NCBI RefSeq assembly: GCF_006345805.1
Contig: NW_021832368.1
Coordinates: 1-30,766 of the forward strand
Direction of reading: 5' to 3'
Source of the DNA: Octopus sinensis
Taxonomy: Eukaryota
Length of the DNA stretch: 30,766 bases
Shown: positions 22,205 to 30,766 of the stretch, one piece after another
Position numbering within the stretch: the stretch's first letter is position 1
How the letters are laid out: each line of letters begins with the position of its first letter
Position numbers and translations under genes: made by a program
Notes under the pieces: model-generated
Told to the model about the DNA's origin: nothing
The model's input: the letters and a program-made list of their open reading frames with translations, nothing else
The model's database searches: none

Positions 22205-22344
22205 TCACGTGGTCTAGTCTTTAGGGTGTTGGACTCGCTATTGTAAAATGGTGAGTTCGATTTATGGACTGAGTGGTTTGTTTTGTCCTTGAGCAGGGCA
22301 ATTCCTTCCATGCTGCTTCCGTCTGCTCAGCAGAAAACAAGTAT
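22205..22344 (+). mobile_element. 5' half of an old tRNA-head SINE with a CORE-like domain
   Basis: cacgtggtctagtctttagggtgttggactc...gttcgat...gtccttgagcagggca, similar to the head of the 23775 element. Confidence 0.5.
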
Positions 22345-22732
22345 ATATAGGAGCACTCCGTCGGTTGCGACGATGAGGGTCCCAGCTGATACGATCAACG
22401 GAACAGCTTGCTCGTGATATTAACGTGCAAGTGGCTGAGCACTCCACAGACACGTGTACCCTTAACGTAGTTCTCGAGGAGATTCGGCGTGACACAGATT
22501 GTGACAAGGCTGGCCCTTTGAAATACAGGTACAGCAGAAACAGGAAGAAAGAGCGAGAGAAAGTTGTGGTGAAAGAGTACAGCAGGGTTCACCACCATCC
22601 CCTGCCGGAGCCTCGTGGAGCTTTAGGTGTTTTCGCTCAATAAACACTCACAATGCCCGGTCTGGGAATCGAAACCGCGATCCTATGACCGCGAGTCCGC
22701 TGCACTAACCACTGGGCCATTGCGCCTCCACT
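22345..22732 (-). mobile_element. tRNA-derived SINE of a second family
   Basis: Head ggaggcgcaatggcccagtggttag...ggtttcgattcccag (A and B boxes); candidate 12-bp TSD gaaaa(c/a)aagtat at 22333-22344 and 22733-22744 (11/12). Confidence 0.85.
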
Positions 22733-23141
22733 GAAAAAAAGTATTTGACATTGCATCCGTAGAACTGGAAATTCTATACTGTTAGTCGCTTAAACGTTTT
22801 GTAAATCGGGATAATCTCCGCCTTAATGACCATCTAGGCTCCATGCAGACTTTCACTTCACTGCTAGTATGTTATTTAACCCGCTCATTTATTGTGAGTG
22901 AAACTGGAGATAGGAATTGAACACAAACCCGTAGAATCACCTTATATTGCATACAGACACCATGCTGTAGATTGCTCTTCACTTGAGCTTCTAAACATAG
23001 AACAATGAATAATGTGGGGCTACCTTTCTTTTCTGAGTTTGTAATGGTAAATCATGTCAGTGTGTTTATCCATCAATTGTTTTTCAAATTCACCATTGAT
23101 CAATGGAGGTCACCAGCAGTCACTACCACATTCTTCTAACA

Positions 23142-23164
<23 letters not shown>

Positions 23165-23227
<63 letters not shown>

Positions 23228-23244
23228 TATATATATAATATATA

Positions 23245-23313
<69 letters not shown>

Positions 23314-23318
23314 ATATA
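23165..23318. repeat. (TA)n array preceded by (CT)n
   Basis: Direct. Confidence 0.95.
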
Positions 23319-23369
23319 TGAACTAACCAAAAATCATTTTTTTTTTAAGTTTTCAACTTTTTCTTTCTG

Positions 23370-23740
23370 TTTTTAATAATTATCTTCTGTGCATTCACTA
23401 TTAATCTTTTTAGCTATTCATATAATATATCCATCAATTTTCCTAGCTTATGATTTTAGTCTTGTAACTACGAAGTATATTCTAACTGATATACTGAATA
23501 TTGTTCTATTATAGTCTTCTTTTCTTGATATATAGAGGTATACTAACACTACTTTTTTGGTTGCAATCTATTTTACGTTGTTAATAGCTTTTATGGTGTG
23601 ACTATGTATTTAATCCAATTTATATTTCGTCCACTAAAGGAAACCTCCAGAATATTTTAGTTGTGGTATCGTCCACGCTTTGATTACTACTGATAATTTA
23701 TTTCATTTTAAAATCCAGTATACACAAATGAGGCAGTTTT
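23370..23740 (-). mobile_element. R4/Dong-clade LINE remnant (post-RT thumb region)
   Basis: IPQLKYSGGFL*WTKYKLD...KLLTT*NRLQPK...LYISRKE resembles R4 IP.LRYS.G..DWT...LHPKS.V.RLY.PRKEGGRG. Confidence 0.65.
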
Positions 23741-23774
23741 TAATTAAAATAGCCATCTATATATCATACTTAAG

Positions 23775-24062
23775 AAGGCACGTGGCTTAGTGGTAAGGTT
23801 GTGAGTTCGATTCCCGCTGTGCATTGTGTACTTGAGCAAGACACTTTATTTCTCGCCGCTCCAGTCCACTCAGCTAGCAAAAATGAGCTGTATATTTAAT
23901 TCAAAGAGCCAGTCTTGTTACATTGTTTCATGCTGAGTCTCCCTGAGCACTACGTTAAGAGTGCGTATGTCTATGGTGTGTTCAACCACTTGCACGTTAA
24001 TTTCATAAGCAGGCTGTTCCGTTGATCGAATCGAATCTTGTTATCGTAGCTGACGGAAAGCC
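23775..24062 (+). mobile_element. tRNA-derived SINE with a CORE-like domain, sharing its 3' tail with the 22345 element
   Basis: Head ggcacgtggcttagtggt...gttcgattccc; cttgagcaagacact; tail ...ccacttgcacgttaat...gctgttccgttgatcg matches the 22345 element. Confidence 0.8.
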
Positions 24063-24069
24063 AGGACAT

Positions 24070-24520
24070 AGTATACTTAATTTTTGCACACTGTTGAAAG
24101 GCCAAAACTGCAGTATTTATCTTAACTCTTATGGGCTTGCTCTCAGCACGAACACTTCAGTAACTGGCCTATTGACAATGTGTATGCATTCCGTATGCTA
24201 CATAGATGACTGTCTTTCATTTAATTTCCTTTCTAATACTTCCTGAACATTTTCATATTGATTTAGTTCATATTTATCCAATATGGCACGATACTGACCT
24301 CTCTGAAGTGTTTTCTGTCCACTATTTTTGTCCTTATTTCCTGAAGTTGCATTTTGGTACAATTATTTTCTTTCTTCATATTCTTTTGTTTCTTTCTTTT
24401 TACTTTCTTTGTGGTTTGCTATATTTTTTTTATTTATGTTCTCGAAACCTTCTTCTGTGATTATTATAATTATTGTCAAATTTATACTTCCATGTTTCCT
24501 TACATACAAAGAAAACATGT
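24070..24520 (-). mobile_element. Probable R4/Dong LINE remnant (linker before the zinc knuckle)
   Basis: Frameshifted WTE-KTL-(H)GQY and TE...EQA motifs in the R4 order. Confidence 0.4.
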
Positions 24521-24924
24521 TTTGTTCTTTCCTCATATGTGCCTTATTATCCTAATCAGCTTATTTTACTGCATTGTATTCGTAAATACGTTTATAGACT
24601 CCCTGTGGTAACTTTGATTTAGTTCCCTGTGTTTTAAGAAACAGATTCTTCCTCATACATCTAATTCAGCTTCATGTGATAGAAGCGCAATCTGAAGTTA
24701 CATACTTGCTCCTTAGACAGTCATATTTTGTACTGCTTTGTACAAGCAGAGTCGCTTGCACAAAAGAGTATGCCGTGTGTTCAAAAGAGTATGCAGTGTG
24801 TCCTCAAAGGTACTGATTTCAAATACTGTAGAGGTTAACTTTGTCTTTCATTCTTCTGATGTCGCTAAAAATAGATAGCAGTCAACAACTGGAGTTGATT
24901 TAATCTTCTGGTTCTTTACATTTA

Positions 24925-25085
24925 AATTCCATCAAGGTCAACTTCACTTGACATCCTTCTGAGATCGGTGAAATCGAGTACCAATCAAGTACTACTTTAC
25001 ATATCTGTCATCCCTATGGGATCGATGAAATAGAGTACGAGTCAAGTAGAGGTGGGGTATCAACTAACAGTCCCCTAAGAGCCAA
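24925..25085 (+). mobile_element. Old degenerate SINE fragment(s)
   Basis: aaattccatcaaggtcaacttc...gatcggtgaaatcgagtacc, with a second gatcgatgaaatagagtac copy. Confidence 0.45.
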
Positions 25086-25092
25086 AATAGAA

Positions 25093-25094
<2 letters not shown>

Positions 25095-25169
<75 letters not shown>
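25095..25169. repeat. (TTA)n: tail/target of the adjacent R4/Dong element
   Basis: Direct; (TAA)n on the element strand. Confidence 0.9.
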
Positions 25170-25170
25170 T

Positions 25171-25600
25171 AATTTACTCACAACAGATTAGACAACTGGA
25201 AAAAAATATTCCTAACATAGGGCTACAACAAGTAACCTTAGATTCCAAGAACCTTCCTAAGTATTTTAGCTGCCCCTAATAATACTGATTTCTAGAGCTG
25301 CACTAAACTAGGCTTTATACCTATCTCCTCTATCTGTTCAAATTTTTAGGGATAGTTCCTACTGCACCTGTAACTACAGGGATACATTTTACCTGTACAC
25401 TCCATAGCCAGGTCCTCGCACTTTTTCTTTATATCTCTCATATATACTTTTTCATCATTTGGGATTGTAAAATCAATTACCCGGCCCCTTCTATTCCTTT
25501 TGTCCACTACTAACAAAATCAGGCCTTCTATCTTCTACTACTTTGTCAATCTGAATGTTAAAATTTCACTATTATTGTCCCTTTTTGTTTTGCGTTCGTC
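25171..25600 (-). mobile_element. R4/Dong LINE 3' end with restriction-like endonuclease domain
   Basis: NFNIQIDKVVEDRRPD (25518-25529), LVVDKRNRRGRVIDFTIPND, CIPVVTGAVGTIPK, KSVLLGAAKILRKVLGI* (stop 25238-25240), then a short UTR running into (TAA)n, the known Dong-type target. Confidence 0.88.
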
Positions 25601-25709
25601 CCTTGTGACCAACAAAGTAAAGATTACCATTTTTGATGTGTTTTTTTTTCCTTCGATTTTTTTTTTTACTCTTCAATTTGTTTTTGTTAGTGTCGTTATT
25701 TAGGATTTC

Positions 25710-25925
25710 GTCAGGACGTCAAGCAAGGAGAATCGTTAGAGCATCGGGAAAATTACCTTGTGTTATTTGTTCCGGCTTTTTACCTCCCGAAGAGATCAAC
25801 ATTGCTTTTCATCTCTTCACAGTCAATAAATTAAAATGCCAGTAAAGTACCGAGACCGATTAGAACCAAGTAACCTGTCCTTTCCCTTCAAATTTACTAG
25901 TTTTGTTCCTAAATTAGAATCAGTT
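25710..25925 (+). mobile_element. Old degenerate tRNA-derived SINE (tail A-like)
   Basis: agaatcgttagagcatcggg...gagatcaacattgcttttcatc...ccttcaaatttactagttttgttcc. Confidence 0.6.
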
Positions 25926-26299
25926 ATTTATGACGTTGTTTCTTATTTTTGCTGTGTCGTTATTGTTTTTGCTGGTATTACACGGCAACGCTTCGGATTG
26001 TTTGGCCATATAAGCTTGTTAAAAAATACATATGTGGAGATAAATACTACTTTTCCATATTGTAAGCATGTATCAAATTCGTGTCGCTATGATAACATGT
26101 GCATGAACGCCAGCAGTACTGTCTCAGATAGATCTAACCTGTAGGGAATACGTTAACAGGAATTCGCTCTCAACCTTTCGTAGTTTCTTAATATTTGGAA
26201 GTAGAGACGAATAGAAATATTGTTATTGCTATTCAGATGTAAAACAGATGTTTAGGAACAAAAAAAAAATAAGATCGAATATGTTTATGTAAGATTTTG

Positions 26300-26706
26300 A
26301 GGAGGAGAAGGAGGAGGAGATGAGAATGAAGAAGAGGAGGAGGAGAAAGAGAGAGAGTTGTTGATGATGATGATGATGATCAGCATCGTCATCAATATCT
26401 ACCTCACCATCAACATCATAATCACCATTATCAACGTCAACATCTTGGCGTTATCACACTTACCATCGTGAAATGAAAGATAAATGAAAGAAGATGATGA
26501 AGAAGAAGAAGAAGAAGAAGAAGAGAAGAAGAAGAAGAAGAAGAAGAAGAAGAAGAAGAAGAAGAAGAAGAAGAAAAAGAAAAAGAGGAGGAGGAGGAGG
26601 AGGAGAGGAAATAATGATGATGTCATATCATATATGGGGTATTTTGTTAATATATTTGGCCTGCAAAGTCCAACAATATAATGTAAACCTGTGTGCGTGT
26701 ATGTGA

Positions 26707-26799
<93 letters not shown>

Positions 26800-26800
26800 C
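26300..26800. repeat. (GAG)/(GAT)/(CAT)/(GAA), (TA) and (GT) microsatellite cluster
   Basis: Direct. Confidence 0.9.
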
Positions 26801-26903
26801 ATTCATTACTGAATGTTTATAATCATATTTATATTCATTTAAATATTTATATTCATCGAACTTAACAAAGCAACAGGCACGACGCAATTAAATTTTATTA
26901 ATT

Positions 26904-27460
26904 AATAAGATAAAACAAACATCAGTTAATAGCAGATTGCCAGATTAACTACCAGACTATATTATACATCAATACAGAAACATATTTAATGCAATAATTA
27001 CGCGAGACACATTCCCCCCGGTCAAGCCAACACACCAGACATAAAATTTATTGCATGAACCTGATGTAGCTAGGCTATGAAACAGATGAATACGTCATCA
27101 TGAGACTGATTAAACAGAACACACAGTATACCACAAAAATCTATTCGTGAATTATCATTAATAATATATTGTACGAACAAGAAAATTACAAGGGGGAAAA
27201 TCTTGGTATCAGCAACAAGCTACAAGCCTACAAGCATGTGAATAAACTCCATTTGACTCATGTAATGTATAAATAAGCTGTAAAGATTAAAAGATGTAAA
27301 CTCCGTGACTCTAATTATTACATTGGACATACGAGTACAAGATTTTATCGCCGCCTGACCTTGTATCCACAACAAAGAGCCAATGTCGCTAACTACATTA
27401 CAAAACAGAACACAAAACTAATTAGAAAACTCTAATAACTATCAAAGACTACATATATAG
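26904..27460 (+). mobile_element. Penelope-like element ORF remnant (linker plus GIY-YIG endonuclease)
   Basis: Across frameshifts and stops: NKIKQTSVN..LP; KIYCMNLM*LGYETDEYVIMRLIKQN; LSLIIYCTNKK; HVMYK...C...NYYIGHTSTRFYRRLTL (YIG at 27319-27327). Confidence 0.7.
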
Positions 27461-28468
27461 TTGGACTTCACACATGTAAAGTAGTAAATTGAAATATTCC
27501 GATCAACTACAGAGGCAAATCGGATGAATTGTTTGAGCATTAAGAAAAATACATTGTGGTAGTTATTTCGGGGTTTTGCGCGATGAGTTCAAATCCTGGA
27601 TCGGTGAACTTTGCTTTTCATTTTCACGCGGTGATTAATAGATGTTTCGGTCTAGAGTGGTTTGCCGCATAGCTCAGTCCTTGTTGCAGTATGAGGCTTG
27701 TATGCATTAATGAGACTGGGAGCTGTGCCAATAGGACACAAGCTCTTGGTAAGGTCTCCCATGCTGGACAGATCAAAGGACAGACATTAGCCGCCTTTTC
27801 CCATGGGTAAAAATGGGTTTCCTTAGGGCCTACACCACTACCAAGGAAAAGAAATCAAAATTACAGAAGCATTCCTTAAAATCCTTAAAATCTTTTTAAA
27901 TGATTTAGCCCGAAGGCCGCAGCCATGCTGGGGCACCACCGCTGAGACAATTGATGACAATTCAGAAGCAACAAAACTTGAGGGAGGAAAACACAGACAA
28001 GATTTGATAACAGTGAATAGCCAATACTCCATGACTCCTGCTCGTGATTAGAGTTGCACATATTGTCAGCCACTAAGGGACATGTTCAAGTGGTTATGGT
28101 CAAGCAACTGAAAAGCAAATCTGTGGTAATGAGCAGAATATTTGTTATAACGATATTTCTGTTTCAGCTGAAATGTAATAGAATATAGGGCAGATTCAAT
28201 ACATTGATGTCCAGGTTACAAAAGCAAGGTTTGAACAGAATAGTAGTCATTTCCTTTGATTTCTATATAGAAGCAAATAGGAAGTAACATTTACTAACCA
28301 AAGACAAAAATAGATGTTTTTGTTACACAGTATTATCTATAAAATGAATTATTAAAGCAAACTTTCTCCTTATTGTTACTTGAAATTTAAAAATATATCA
28401 AAGAATGAAGGATAACCAAGCCAGGATATATAAAGTGTCCACTTAGTAACTATTGTCCAGTGAAGAAA

Positions 28469-28529
28469 GGAGTGGCTGCATGGTAAGTAGTTTGCTTACC
28501 AACCTCATGGTTCCGGGTTCAGTCCCACT
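28469..28529 (+). mobile_element. tRNA-like head of a third SINE family, truncated after the B box
   Basis: ggagtggctgcatggtaagtag...ggttccgggttcagtcccact. Confidence 0.6.
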
Positions 28530-29010
28530 TCGAACTCAGAACGGAAAGTTGTAAGCGTATCGTTAGGAGTGCTAACGATTCTTATTTCTTTATTGTTCAC
28601 AAGGAGCTAAACACGGAGGGGACAAACAAGGACAGACAAACGGATTAAGTCGACTTTATCGACCCCAGTGCGGAACTGGTACTTAATTTAATCGACCCCG
28701 AAAGGATGAAAGGCAAAGTCGACATCGGCGGAATTTGAACTCAGAACGTAGCGGCAGACGAAGTAGCTATTTCTTTACTACTCAAAAGGGGCTAAACACA
28801 GAGAGGACAAACAAGGACAAACAAGGACAGACAGACGGATTAAGTCGATTATATCGACCCCAGTACGTAACTGGTACTTAATTTATCGACCCCGAAAGGA
28901 TGAAAGGCAAAGTCGACCTCGACAGAATTTGAACTTAGAACGTAACGGCAGACGAAATACTGCTAAACATTTCTCCCAGCGTGCTAACGTTTCTGCCAGC
29001 TCACTGCCTT
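28530..29010 (-). mobile_element. Multimeric tRNA-derived SINE (tail B): full monomer, head-truncated monomer and partial third head
   Basis: Monomer 1 28767-29010; monomer 2 28583-28766 with the same junction as the 6662 dimer; degenerate head fragment 28530-28582. Confidence 0.88.
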
Positions 29011-29645
29011 AATAATAATCGTAATACTAATACGACTATTACTACTGTATCCATGCAACAATCTAACATCAGAGACTATGACCAAACTGTTCCTTTAATA
29101 CACAAAGCAACGTGATGTCAGCTTACAGATAATTTAAAGACCGCTTAATAACTAATATGAAGTTAACAAAAGAACGTTTCCATGATTCTCGTTTGAACTG
29201 AAACCAGGTTTAATCATTTCCACTATAATAATTTCAACAATAAGATAAGACCGTGATTGTTTTGGAACGTAGATAGACCTAAGAGATTTATTGTTCAAAG
29301 CAAGAGATTAAGATTAAAATGAAGATATGAAATAAAATCATTAATAACGGAGTTTATATATTGCAGTGCAGACAGGTTTACAGAACTACGAATTTATAAG
29401 AGACGCTGTTCCCAGTGCATATACTTACGCATCATACGCATAAACAAGGGAATACATACGTCTGTGTATGTGTGTATGTGTGTATGTATACATGAGAGAA
29501 AAAGTACTCAAATATGTAGTACGGTGTGTTTATTCGAGTCTAAGGTAAACGCTAAGTAGTACAGGAATGAAACGACAGAAACAAGTCTGTGTGTGTGTGT
29601 GTGTGGTGTGTGTGTGTATTTATGTGCATTCGTGCGGTGTGTGTG

Positions 29646-29683
<38 letters not shown>

Positions 29684-30469
29684 TGTGAGATATTACAATA
29701 TGGAAAATTTGAAGATGGATAACTGAAAAGGCCTAATGTCATAACATTTTGAAATATTTTAGAGAAAAATAAGAAGAAAATGGCTTTAAAAGCCATCAAG
29801 TTGCAATTTTAAAAGCACTTTATTTGTGAAATATATTATAAGCATAATTACAAATTAAATTATTCCAGAGATTTGATATCGAAAACATGAGCAAAAATGT
29901 AAATAGTTTATATTAACGGATATCCACTTCTTAAGATTTTCTCATTGTTTAATAATTGACTTCTTTTCGTCCAACACAATTGTAAATATACTGAACGAAT
30001 GAATAAAAGACTGAATTTCCATAGACCGTGACAAAAGAGTGAAAACAAAGGGAGATAAGCAAGTGCATGAGAATAATTTCGGTCTGTCTTTTGATCGTTC
30101 GAAGAGTTTAAAGCTGCAATGAAAAGAAAGTAGAAAAATATTACATTCTTACATTTTACCATCGCGGTCAAAAGGCTTTAAGCCTTTCTAATACTTAAAT
30201 TTATTCCAAACATTCTTATTTACGCTGTATTCTAATAATTGATATATATTTAATTCTGTGAACGAGCGTATGTGAGCCAAACCACGCGTGTGTATGTGTG
30301 TTTGTATGTGCGTGTACGTTTGTACGTGTGACTGTATATGCACCAGACTACGTATGTTTGAGCGTTTATACATCCATATTTACTAACATTTATATCTAAT
30401 ATTCTTTTCGCTGTATTGTATGTGTTTCTTTTTGTATCTGATATATCTTATGGATCTCCTAATATCGCC

Positions 30470-30481
30470 ATATATATATAT

Positions 30482-30533
<52 letters not shown>

Positions 30534-30641
30534 TATTATATATATATATATATATGTGTGTGTGTTGTGTGTGTGCGGCGCGCGCGCGCGTGTGTGGTGT
30601 GTGTGTGTGCGCGCGCGCGCGTGTGTGTGTGTGTGTGTGTA
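30470..30641. repeat. (TA)n, (GT)n and (GC)n compound array
   Basis: Direct. Confidence 0.95.
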
Positions 30642-30766
30642 TACGAGGACAAAGAAGAAGTCTTACACAACAAAATTTTTTAAAGGGGATACCCCTTGAA
30701 ATCACCTGAGGAGACACATCGACACCGACAGATACATCTAAACCACAGGTTCAATATTCCACCTGT

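Noticed and set aside
22660-22730. Possible tRNA gene (also 23775 and 28469)
   Set aside because: A/B boxes present but followed by SINE bodies, with no acceptor-stem closure or poly-T terminator.
27660-28140. Probable interspersed repeat (gcccgaaggc hairpin region)
   Set aside because: Looks familiar but has no TIR, TSD, ORF motif or second copy in the window to support a call.
30254-30285. ctgtgaacgagc...gagccaaac resembling the 12634 hammerhead type
   Set aside because: Core and stem II do not fit; too many changes.

Overview
AT-rich, repeat-dominated eukaryotic DNA with no supportable host protein-coding gene. The SINE types and compound microsatellites resemble an octopus genome (recalled resemblance, not searched). 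Nearly all long ORFs in the track are translated microsatellites. Contents: three decayed DD37D (maT-type) Tc1/mariner copies, a mariner with long inverted ends, a Tc2-like MITE, Tigger/pogo transposase remnants, RTE and R4/Dong LINE remnants, a Penelope-like (PLE) GIY-YIG ORF remnant, an LTR-like remnant, and many tRNA-derived SINEs (several with 12-18 bp TSDs, two of them dimers with the same junction). The most notable signal is up to six short modules carrying minimal type-I hammerhead ribozyme motifs. Their 3' ends run into (TA)n arrays and most have a palindromic, nearly loopless stem III. One, at 12356-12415, keeps every core nucleotide.
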